Below are positions 52,096-63,450 of a DNA stretch of 64,000 nucleotides, piece after piece. Position 1 is the stretch's first letter. Each line of letters opens with the position of its first letter. Location of the stretch: assembly GCF_037042905.1 (NCBI RefSeq), contig NC_087256.1, positions 9,424,001 to 9,488,000 on the forward strand, written 5' to 3'. Source of the DNA: Lytechinus pictus (Eukaryota). The notes beneath the pieces were generated by a model, which saw only the letters and a program-made list of their open reading frames with translations, did no database searches and was not told the origin of the DNA. The position numbers and the translations under genes were made by a program.

Positions 52096-53145
52096 CTTGT
52101 AATTGTAGTAGCCTGTATCTGTATAAATTTGCTATCATGTCAAATCAAATCGTTTAACAAAATAAACAAAAATCATTCAGGATATTTATTCAAGGAATGG
52201 TTCACATGGATCACAGGGGCACAATTAACGATTTGTGATGAGCAGCCTGTCGCGGCCTTCTACGAATTGTTCTTAAAGCACTCCTGACAAATCCATGTAT
52301 TAATTTCTGATCCAAATATATGAATAATCATTCATAAGCGTGATTATTCACCACTGAATGGTATACGCATTAAAACCAAAATAAAATGATAATGGTCCAG
52401 CGGTCTCAGATACTGATGCATATTAATCGTGGAACCGTAGGTACAATTCCCCCAAGCTGTTTTCACAGGGGTCATTCATCGCAGCAGTTCCCTAGAAAAG
52501 GATTAGAAAATATTTGTCTTCATTCCACGGTCGAAAAACTAAAATCATGAAAACTTTGTTATTTCGATCTATTTGCATGTATTCCTTCCCACTCATTTGG
52601 CTGTATTAACACTTATTCTAACAGAAACTCGTGACACACGCTATGAACCAATAAAAATCTGGTACCACAAGGCCATTTGAAACAATATAGGGCTTCGAAT
52701 ATGATATGGAAAACTGAACACCGCCGAAATGATTTTGAACTTTAGGTGGATAGAATGAAAGTGTGTATATGCCTGACTGATTCATAGCTTGGCCTGTTGT
52801 CGAATTAGCCACGAATTCACTTTATCGTTGGCGATACGTCGTAATTCATAACACGAGAGTCCACTCTTCACTTAAATAACCAACTGTCCTAATGGCTTTG
52901 CGGAATTAGCGATCTCGGTAGCTCAACTTAAGGGCAATGTCGAATTTAAGCGACATTACTCAACAAATTTACTGGATCCATGACTAGGTGATGGAGGCAA
53001 ATAGCTTGTCTTGGATGTCTGATGTCGATCGGAAATTAGATCTTCTTCATCACACCAACACTAACATGACTAATGGACAATTCGCAACTTTTCTTCTGTC
53101 CAAACATGCTTTTGAATAAATGCGGACATTTTGCAATTTACCGCC

Positions 53146-55048
53146 ATGGCGGCTAACAGCACTGACCTGAATACCTGGTATACTGCCAGTCAGGAATGGA
53201 CTCATGAAACAGCAAGTGAGGAGTACGCCTTTGATTTCAAACAGAGGATAGGCGTTTCTGTTATTTACTGTCTCATTGTGTTAGTAGGTGTCACAGGNNN
53301 NNNNNNNNNNNNNNNNNNNNNNNNNNNNNNNNNNNNNNNNNNNNNNNNNNNNNNNNNNNNNNNNNNNNNNNNNNNNNNNNNNNNNNNNNNNNNNNNNNNN
53401 NNNNNNNNNNNNNNNNNNNNNNNNNNNNNNNNNNNNNNNNNNNNNNNNNNNNNNNNNNNGAGTGCAGCTCTGGGGAACTCTGATGCTAAGCTGACCATTA
53501 TTCTCTTTCCTCATTTTTTCCACAACATATCTGAATAAAAAGAGTTGGCAAATTGACTTCAAAATGTATGTTTGTATTTTTTGGACGGAAAATCAATAAA
53601 AAATAATATAATCTAGATTTGATAACAGGAAAGTTTATCATTCCTTGAAAAAAAATAAATGACCCTTCAAAAATTTAAATTTGAATACTTTGGTGGGTGC
53701 ATGACGTGATATGCTTTCTTATTTGGATATCGGCCGTTATTATGCTTATCGCAGTTTAGAAAATAAACGTAATTTAGACATCTTATATCAGTTTTAAAGA
53801 ATATTTCTTTGTTGTTCTTGCATTATTCCAATTGTCTTTATATTCAACAAAAATACTTTCAGCAGACTTGAAGTTTAAAGAATGATTTTTGAAAAAACAT
53901 TGCCCTCTAGGCTAAATATTTTTAAATGAGTGTATTTGTTAACAAAAAATAGCTTGGCATTCATGACGAGAACAATCTTCTTGACTTTTGAAACAGGAAA
54001 TGCTTGCGTCATCTTGGCTGTACTGTTCTCAAGAAAGCTTCACACCCCCACCAACATCCTGGTGGTAAATCTCAGTGTAACCGACTTTATTACCTGTTGG
54101 TCTCTTCTCATCCAAATCGTCGTTCTCTTGAACTCAGACCATGTCCTCAGGTTGGTTCCGCGTCCTCTGTGCCTCCTGGCTAGCGGAGTCACCTTCGTAG
54201 GAACTACCTGTAGTCTGATGACGCTGACACTGATTGCCTTCATGCGTTGGTACGTCATAACCCACAGCATCAGAGGTCATACAGGACTCCACACTACTAG
54301 GAAGGTTGCAACAATGGTAGTTTTTGTGTGGACTACCTCGTTGATCGTATCATTGCTTCCACCCGGTCTAGGAATAGGAACCCTGGGTTATAGTATCACC
54401 TATAAGCAATGTTGTACCGTAGATGATAATCTTATAGTCAAATATTACAGCATGGTGCAAGGCTGCGGGTCCTTCATCCTTGTGATGCTTGCCGTTTACT
54501 TTTACACTTCTATATTCTTATTCGTTTGCAAGAATGACAGGAAGTTTACACAGAGGTTTAGCCATGGGAACGACTCATGTCGTGTCAATGAATTAAACTC
54601 TGACTTAAAGGAAGGATCTAAGACAGAGGGGGATACACATTTTCCCACTCGCAGTCTTTCCTATATGGTGGAAAATGGGCATCATCAACAAGATCAAAGC
54701 GAGACAGAGCGTCGAATGGTGGAGCAATTTAGGAAGCGGGAGATAAAGTTGACAAAGAACTTATTTGTGGTGTTCTTCATTTTTGTGGTGTGTTTAGTTC
54801 CTTTCTCCATAAGCCTTGCCATTCCTGGTGGAAGCATCGTCAATATCTACTTCGCTGTCGTGGTATATTGTAACTCCTGTGTCAATCCCTTAATATACTG
54901 CCTAAAACACGACCAGTTCAAAGAGGTTTTGAGGCCATTGTTGAGATGCAGGTGGTCCAAAATTCCGCAGCCCACACAATTCATCAGGCACCTGTTTCCT
55001 TCAGATCAACATTCAGAAATTAGCAACATTTATTCATTATCAGGATAA
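53146..55048 (+). CDS. Rhodopsin-like (class A) orphan GPCR, paralog 2 (~400 aa, 2 exons)
   Basis: Exon 1 53146-53296 (gccATGG; MAANSTDLN...KQRIGVSVIYCLIVLVGVTG; 151 nt as in paralog 1; donor cut off by the N gap). Exon 2 53997-55048 with GNACV, NLSVTD, AFMRW, CLVP, NPLIY. Confidence 0.9.
53298..53459. other. Assembly gap (N run)
   Basis: Run of n inside the GPCR2 intron. Confidence 1.
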
Positions 55049-55913
55049 ATATTGTCGCAAACAATCATTCATCTGTCACCCACGTATGATGCAAACATGA
55101 TTTACTTCACCAGGCTTAGATTGATTTCTGACTTGAAATCCTTAAAGCTTCGATGACCGGTTTGCCAAGTTGATCTTCAAGATTTTATTTTCTTATTTTT
55201 TTGATGGGACAAAATATCAATGTTAAGATATTTAGACTTCAATTATCGTTAAAACAGGAATAAATGTTGTTTGGTATAAAATCCATTAGTAAAGAAACAA
55301 AAGTACTCAACATATTGTACACATGGAAGTGGATATCAACACATTATAAATGTAGACTGTAGTTGATTGAAGAATTTGTATTATCCCATCTCAAAAATAC
55401 CATAGTTAACTCAATTTAACGAATAGTCTTGAGAAGGAAGTAAGACGAATGTGAAATTTGTAGGCATAGTTTATTTTCGCATATACATGAAGTTGCGTTG
55501 AAACTGTAGAAAATATTCAATAAAATGTTTAACATGGCACATAAGGTAAAGCATAAAACAAAGTAGCACTAAAACTTTCTTTCATTGTTGATTTCTAGCT
55601 GTATTTGCGTCTTGTTTCAAATTCTACACCAACTATATATACTCATTACTTAGCTAATGATCTGAATGTTAAAAAATATGTTGAATGGGACTATCATAAA
55701 GGAATGTTTACTTAGAAAGGAACAACATGGAATGAGATGGAGGCTTATAGCTTTATTTTGCAATGCATATAAAATGTATATTAATTAGTTGATTTATATT
55801 AATAGATAGATAATTATAATTTTTTAACTTTATAATATATATAAAAAAAGAGTTTTTCGTTTGTAAATGTTAACGTAGTGCGCTAATGCACAATTCATAA
55901 ATTAGCATGAAAA

Positions 55914-58900
55914 TCAGGATTCATTGGGGACATAGAGAAGAAGATTTTCGGAATCGTGCAACTCGGTGACTTTGTCTCTGCTAGCTGTTTCTAGGATGAC
56001 GTCACGAACTTCATTTGGTGATAGGTCAGGATTCAAGCCAAGATGGACTGCAACAACACCTGCCAAAATGAGAAGTTCAACCAATATGAATTGGTGTTAG
56101 TAGTAAAGTGTTAGTGGAAAGTAAGACAAATCGGGCTCTTTCTCTTAATAGCCTTTCCATATGGAAGAGGGTAGCCGACAAATGCCAGTGACAGCCATCT
56201 CTGTCTTCTTTTTGACGTACGTAATTCTTGATATCAAAATTGATTTACCGATATATAGGCAACAGACCTAATAGCTTTTCAAGTTATAGGAAAACATTCA
56301 AATATAAGTAATACCACTGAAATGAGAGTGGATTTCAATTCTTTTGAACATGTGCATACAACAGAGTCTGATTCCACCTGGTAGCGGAGGTGATTTATTT
56401 CCCCCAAGAAAGTTAGGATGCTTGTAAGCAAACAACCAGGGAACGGAAGGCTCGAGACCCTCTCTGTTGGACCTCTTGTATTGAGGACATGTGTCTTATC
56501 AAAGGAAACCAGCGCACCAAGTGAGAATGAAACCTCGGCCAACGGATTGATTAGAAAGTCAAGGGTGATTATAATACAAAAGTTATAATTCAAGATTTTA
56601 AATCATTTATAACGAACCTGCTACATGAGGACATGCCATGCTGGTTCCGCTCAGCGATCGATATCCGTCGTCAGATCGGTAGTCTGCGCTCAGAATGCGA
56701 TGCCCGGGAGCAAAGATATCCACGCATGCGCCCCAGTTTGAAAAGTAGACCCTGGCATCGTCATCCTGGATCGCACCGACTGTGATTGCCTTTAGAATTG
56801 AAACAAACAAAATATGATAATTATTTTTATGTGATTATAAGATTAATTACACTCTAGAAACAAATCAGTCAAAATGACTAGTTAATAGGGTCAGCTGGGT
56901 GCAGCTGTTATTCTAGTCATATTTGACTATTTTCTAGTCGTATTTTACAAGAGCAGAGTTATTTCTGACTAGAATATTAATTTGTCAGAAATGTGACTGT
57001 CATATCAGTTGCACCCAGGTGACTACTTGTCTAGTCAATTTGACTGATTTGTTTTAAGAGTGTAGGCAATCTAGCAATATAGATTTGTAATATTTCCCCT
57101 GAATGAGTCGTTGATAATCAATTACTATTCCTCCACACAATCTACTGTTCCCTGTATGGAGTAAGATAATTGACCTATGTGTTTATCACTTTTTTAGGAC
57201 GGTTCCCTTTTATTACACCTTCTAAGCTCCGTAGTTTATCATCTGCCATAATAAACAATCGGCAAATCAATTAGGATGGTTCTCTTGATCTTGAGGAATC
57301 ATAACAGTTGATTTTAGAGGTCTAGGCAACTTTGAAAAAAAAATTGTTCTTAGATATGGAGGAAACATGAAGAAGATCTTTCAACAATACCTCAGGTGCT
57401 CTGGCGGGAGAAGCGCGGCATGCATCGTAGTCGCTATTACCAGCCGCTACCACCACCGTCACACCTGCCCTGTGAAGGTTTCCCAGTGACTCGTCTACAG
57501 AACGAAGTCCACCGCCTCCAAGAGACATGCTAGCAACGGCTGGACGAATACCATTGACGGCAACCCAGTCCATACCTAAAGGGACAGTGTAAACAAATGA
57601 GTAACTGACTTGGAAAATAGGGAAAGAGCGAGATATAGAGAGTAAGCAAACTGAACTTGAGGTGATTGTGTAAAAACTTATAAACAACAATCGATGACCA
57701 TTTTAGAGTCGACATACAAGTCATGTCGATCCGTCACAGAGCTTTCGATTTACATGACAGATGTTTCTACGACCATAAAATGACCATAACCATCTGCACA
57801 TTTGAAATTTCGTCGGATCCTCCCGTTTTACAACTGTTTCCGGGATGAATCGACGCTACGAGGCGTTTTGCTGAAAACGACAACATAATAAAGAGTTTTT
57901 GGGTCACGTGATAATGTTTTCAATGCGTCAATGCGAGTAAGTCTTCATCCTAAAAATCTAAAAAAAAAAAATCCCCAGTGTATCATCCGAAGCAGATTAG
58001 TCTTCGGAGTTGGGAAGACGTGCCTTTGGTTCATCGTGACGCGAAAAATCTCCGTAACTTGAAGGACATGTAGTAGTCAACTTGAAGAGGGAAATCATTG
58101 GACTTCTGTGCAATAATGCACTTTAATTGATATGGTATAAAATACTGACCATCGATAATGGCAGACCACGAGCCGTATCCATAACATCCAAGAACCCGCA
58201 CGGCATATACTTTGGCGGCCTTGGCAACCCCGTATCGTTTGCCTGCGATTGTACCTGCACAATGAGTGCCATGTCCCTGGCAGTCACCTTCGTTCCCCTG
58301 CCGATCAAGAATATAAGTTGTCGGTATGAATAGAGAAAGCATCCTATATTTTGTGGGTAAATTACCCAACACTCACCGTCAATGACCGCTGACCATGACC
58401 CAGACCCATAACAACCAAGAACCCGTACGGCGTAGACTTTAGCAGCTTTGGCAACTCCGTACCGTTTACCTGCGATCGTGCCGGCACAGTGGGTCCCATG
58501 CCCTTGACAATCACCATCGTTGCCCTGTCATTTATGGAAGAGTGGATATTTTCGGTTATGACCTTTAGACAAACTCACCATCGATTACAGATGATGATGA
58601 ACCGGACCCGTAACACCCAAGAACTCTGACGGCATACACCTTTGCACCCTTGGCCACACCGTACCTTTTACCCGCTATAGTCCCTGCACAGTGAGTCCCG
58701 TGACCTTGACAATCGCCATCATTACCCTATTATAGAATAGTCATGATATCCATTGATGTTATTTATGTCGACGTAATTTCAGTAACACGTTTGGACATAC
58801 TGAATAACAATCCTGGAATTTTAAATAAAAAAATGCCGATCTTTAGTATCGAATGGTTCTAGCCGCATCCTGACCATGGTATTTTCTATGTAGTTTGAAA

Positions 58901-60604
58901 AAGTTGAAGATCTATGTGAATTACCCCCCCCCCTCTATATTTTAGATAATAATTCACCTCAAGGAAACTGACTTTATGTTTATTATATCATTTCCTGAAA
59001 TGAATTTTTTCTGGAACATAATTTTTTCTAGAATCTTTATCAACTCTTAAGACATGAAAGATGTCTATGATATATAAGGTACTTACGATAGCGTAGTTCA
59101 TGGCGTCATAGACGAATTCTGCTCTGCCCTCAAAGTCCTCATGGGTTGTTCTGATTCCAGTATCAAGGACGTATACATTCACACCGCTGCCATTACCTAT
59201 CAAGATTATATGGTTATGGAGGAGTCAGTAAAAAATACACCAAACAAAATACAACGCAGCGATCTTACCACCGATGTTTATCATGAACATCAAGGAATAA
59301 AAGTAATGTCGAACATGATTTTTTGAAATGTTTGGCAACAAAAACAACAGCTACCCATCCCAGACTGGTATAATAAGAAAACCTGCAGACATCAAGGTAA
59401 TTTTGAATCATTTCAAAACGACAATGAAAGATTGAATGGGTATATCTTACCGACTGGAGTATAACTATCATCGAGAGGAAGATCTCTTTGGTTGATCCTG
59501 TCAAGTCCCCAGATCTCTGTAGTGTGTGCTAGGCCATCTTCTTCCACGTACTTCACAGAGGGGTGGGCTCGCACCTGTGTTGGTTAGGGTGTGCGTGGGA
59601 GTGTGAGTGTGTGTGTGGGGATGTAAGTGGATTGGGTGAGCGTGTATGTGTGTAAGTACGGATTTGTGCGTGGCAAAAAATACAGGTAAGTGTGTGTGGG
59701 GGTAGGGGTGGGTGAATATAAGGGTGACAGAGTGTTTGGGGTGTGTGGAGGGAGAAACAGTCAGAGAGTGTGTGTGAGAGAGATGTAGAGCTTCGATGTA
59801 AGGCAAAGTCGTTATTCTTTTTATGCTTCATACCTCGCTTCCTGTCATTAATTATTTTGCATCTGTGCCAAAAAAGGGGTGTGTGGGTTGAATTCATTGC
59901 AACAATGATTTAAAATTTCATGTGCCAGTCTAACAGGAAAAAATACATTATTATTATTGAAATGCTACCCATTGAGAGGGTTAAAAGCGCAACATGACCT
60001 GTTTTGTTTTGCCAATGTTCAAGCATTTTGGCCTAAATGATTGATTATGTTTCAGTTTAAATTGATGAAATATATAACAAAAACTCTTACCACTGCTAAG
60101 GCCTCCTTTGATAAAGATATTGCAAATCCATTGAGGACTCTGTTGTACTCTTTCAGAGGGTTGTTAAATGTTATACTTTTCAGCCGGGATTCTTCATGAA
60201 GAGATTGTAGAACGTTTGGAAGCACAGCATTCCTCTGCCAGGTGAAAGACAATTTTATAGATTTATCAAATCAGATTTACATAATTTCAAATGATAATCG
60301 TGCTTTTATACATTTCAATTTTTTCGGTAAAAAGTCACCCAGATACTAATAACATATTCTCAATAAGGTATATGATTGTTCTAATATCCGAACGACACAA
60401 AAAGAGACTATCTAATAATCTAATATTATGCTTTTCGTCTACTTATCGGAAATACTTATATATTTCCCCAGTACTTACCTTCAGGACTACGATGTACTGC
60501 TCCTTAATGGCTTCTCGTGTTTTGAATAAAGGAGCTCGACGAGCCGCCACAACCGCACCAGATAGCAAGATGGAGAATGAGAGGATGGAGACAATGCACC
60601 GCAT
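55914..60604 (-). CDS. Secreted subtilisin-like serine protease, S8A proteinase K/aqualysin type, paralog 3 (~384 aa; exon 5 present in three alternative copies)
   Basis: Exons in transcript order: 60479-60604, 60091-60234, 59451-59574, 59087-59196, [58579-58726 | 58377-58524 | 58150-58297], 57391-57575, 56618-56789, 55914-56059. Same phases as paralogs 1 and 2. Signal peptide [20 protein letters not shown]; [55 protein letters not shown]; ends [10 protein letters not shown]. Confidence 0.93.
56848..57064. mobile_element. TA|CACT...AGTG|TA palindromic MITE in intron 6 of protease 3
   Basis: tacactctagaaacaaatcagtcaaaatgactag ... ctagtcaatttgactgatttgttttaagagtgta. Confidence 0.8.
58150..58297 (-). 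CDS. Protease 3 alternative exon 5C (catalytic His exon)
   Basis: cggcag|[50 protein letters not shown]|gtcagt; 148 nt, phase 0 in, phase 1 out. Confidence 0.9.
58377..58524 (-). CDS. Protease 3 alternative exon 5B (catalytic His exon)
   Basis: tgacag|[50 protein letters not shown]|gtgagt; 148 nt, phase 0 in, phase 1 out; absent from the ORF track. Confidence 0.9.
58579..58726 (-). CDS. Protease 3 alternative exon 5A (catalytic His exon)
   Basis: taatag|[50 protein letters not shown]|gtgagt; 148 nt, phase 0 in, phase 1 out; absent from the ORF track. Confidence 0.9.
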
Positions 60605-60763
60605 GATTGACGTCATCGGGTTAATCTATATAATATTAATGAATAAAATGTTGATGAAGTTAGTAACAAAGAGTACTAAAAATCATTCGAGACATGGATT
60701 CTTCCATATATTATCGATCAGGTATCTGTGTACAGGTTGTTGGATGGTCTTCTCCAATTGTTT

Positions 60764-60862
60764 GATAACAATAACAACAACACCAACAACAACAATAGTA
60801 ATAATGATAATAATGATGATGATAATTATAATGATGATGAAAATGAAATTAATAATAATAAA
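60764..60862. repeat. (AAC/AAT/GAT)n trinucleotide microsatellite
   Basis: Read directly from the sequence. Confidence 0.85.
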
Positions 60863-62879
60863 TGGATTTATAAAGCGCTTTTTGCCCGAGGACACAAGAC
60901 GCTTCCGTTATTTTGTTTTTGCCATGAGCTATTAAATTATAGAACTCGATAAAAATAATTTTTTAATCCTTGATTTCTTATCTTGCTTTAAATATCAAAC
61001 TGATATTCTATCGATATAATTATAGTTATCATATTTCGGCCGATATTCGGATTCTTGATTATTTAAAATCTTTTGAATTGAATTTCTACTAAAGAAATTC
61101 AGGGTAAATATAATATACAAATAAACCAGGCTATGAGGAAGTATAGAGGGGAATTGTCCGTTAATAATATTAATAATTGGTTTAACAACCTTCATGATAG
61201 GAAGCTTTACCCATTTGTATGCTTATGCTTGAACATTTCTATTGATTCCTCAATCCAGGGGGTAGGAGGTGACTGCCATTATGATTTCAAAATAATGAAG
61301 AAAAAAACGTGAGTGGCAGAGGAGAAGAAACTAAGAAGAGAATCAAAAGTGATGTCTATTTTGAGTGACTATAATTTCTGTTATTGAGAAAAAAAATCGT
61401 CATATATAAAGTCGCCTTGCACTCCCTCGCGCCGCACCCGAATTTCACCGATATGATTTTCGCTATCTTATCATTGTGACTTTATATGAATAAAAAATTA
61501 AGGCGTGTAATAGTCCCAATATCTTCTCTTGCATTATTTCTGACGGCAGTCCTTTGCTTATTTTTTTTTTATTAAGGAAGCAATACAGAGTTTTGGATGA
61601 ACAAATTTCAAATGGGGCGTTTGCCCTTTATGCAAAGGTCCAAAGTCCGAACGCGATAATTGCCATTTATTACTTAAACAAAATGATTAGGCCTAATTAT
61701 CCTTCGGTTATATTTGATCACACCAAGCTTATAAAACAACCTTTTGAACGGCAATACTGCACATTTCATAGCATAATATTTAATACCATTTAATAATTAG
61801 TACCAATGTAAGTTTTATGATTTCGCCTCTAGTGCAAATGAAGGCAAATCTAGGTGAATCCTCTTTATTTTTAGTACTCATTCAATAAGTCCAAAATTTA
61901 ATTTCAAGAAAAATCCGTAGCTTTTCTCACATTTATCACATTTATCTTAAAACAGTAATTCCTAGGCTGAATAAAGTTAATCAGCATTGATCTTTAGGCA
62001 AGCACAGCTGATGTTGGTACAAATAGATGGAAAAAACTGTGAGGGTTATCTATTTAGTATTCACATAAATAACTAAAAGGTATGCACACAATAATGTGGC
62101 AAAATAACAATTGCCTCCTGTATTGAATATTGTAATATCGTGTTAAGCTATTGTCGCCTTTACATAATACAGTACACGGGTAGAATATATCGTAATACTT
62201 ACATTTTGTACCTGGAATAAGACTGAGTCAGAAAAACCGGGTCGTGGATTCCGCTGCCTTCAAGAATAGCCGAACACCTTCAACATGTTCAATAACCAGC
62301 TGATAACCATACCGGCTTCGTCTCTTACCCCTATAAAGCGATTAGGCTAATACTTATCAATAATTTACACCAGCGGTCGAAGATCAATAAGATTAATGAG
62401 CTAAACTTATCGGTATTTGCTGGACCTGTAACGTACTGTCCAATTATTATCATTATTAAAAAAAAAACTAAATTGTGCTATCGCAGTTGATGACCATGTT
62501 AGTTGGCTTAATTTTGATTTGCATTTATATCATTAAGTCGAGTGAGGACGTGCTGCAAACGTTACGTTACCACGGTAACATTTTTTTTCTAAACTCCTTT
62601 TTTTTACTAAATTTTATGGTCTCATCTTAACTTACATCATGTTACTTAAAGTGCATCCTGTTAGCCTATTTGGAGAGTCAACATTACAATCAGGCCTTGA
62701 CAAATACTCACTCAGCTTTATTCTCCATGACTTGTGATGATAAGATAAAGCATTGTCGCATTGAAGAGAGTTAACATTCTTGTTCCTGACTATAATGATA
62801 ATAAGAACAGAGCGACACTGCCAATTGGAGTCACTGAATCTATATTCGGTTTTTTCATCTTAAAATTTAGATTTTTTAA

Positions 62880-63450
62880 ATTTTTTATTCCATGTTCACA
62901 CTAAATCGTGATATTCATTCCTACGACACAAGAAATTCACTCAATTTTCATTTAGCAAATCCAATCACAACCACAGCATATAAATCTATTCGCCACACAG
63001 GTCCAGACATTTGGCATTCTTTGCCAATTGATGTTAGAAACTCCTCTTTATCATGTTTATTATCTTCGTTTAAACAACCGTTAAAAAGGCAACTCCTTAA
63101 AGCTTAATATGCTTACATAACTGTTCTTAACATACGTGCATGGTGGGTGGGTGGGTGGGTCGGGCTTTTAGTTATGAAGTATCATATAAATATGTAATAT
63201 ATCATTATCGTTGATAGAAGTTTTATCCATTTAGTATTCCATATAACTGTATATTATGTATTCTATTATTTACTGAGTCATATATTTTCCGGGTGACCCA
63301 ACCTTACAAGCATACTGCTTTCATGGGCATCCAATTTTCGTAATATGTATCTATAAAACGAAGTATTTTGCATTTATTTTAAAGTGTGATACGTAATTTG
63401 TATAATGTCTCATTTCTATACTTTGTAATGTTTGTATATTCTTGATTTTG
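62880..63450 (+). mobile_element. 5'-truncated CR1/L2/Crack-clade LINE 3' fragment
   Basis: The translation FTLNRDIHSYDTRNSLNFHL...KSIRHTGPDIWHSLPIDVR...FKQPLKRQLL matches the typical ORF2 C-terminal pattern (H.Y.TR...GP..W..LP...FK..LK). An AT-rich 3' UTR follows; the 3' boundary is approximate. Confidence 0.7.

Noticed and set aside
58031-58372. ORF-track 113-aa protein as a stand-alone gene
   Set aside because: It is exon 5C plus read-through into flanking intron. The same applies to ORFs 10510-10881, 11574-11885, 12441-12761, 41658-41846, 43575-43835, 56607-56810 and 57322-57690.
58150-58726. Triplicated exon as an assembly artefact, or as three constitutively joined exons
   Set aside because: Adjacent copies differ at 31 of 49 codons, nearly all silently, and the spacers are unrelated. 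Joining any two gives TGA within five codons.
60291-60935. 214-aa + strand ORF
   Set aside because: Antisense to protease 3 exon 1 and extended by a trinucleotide microsatellite; no domain features.
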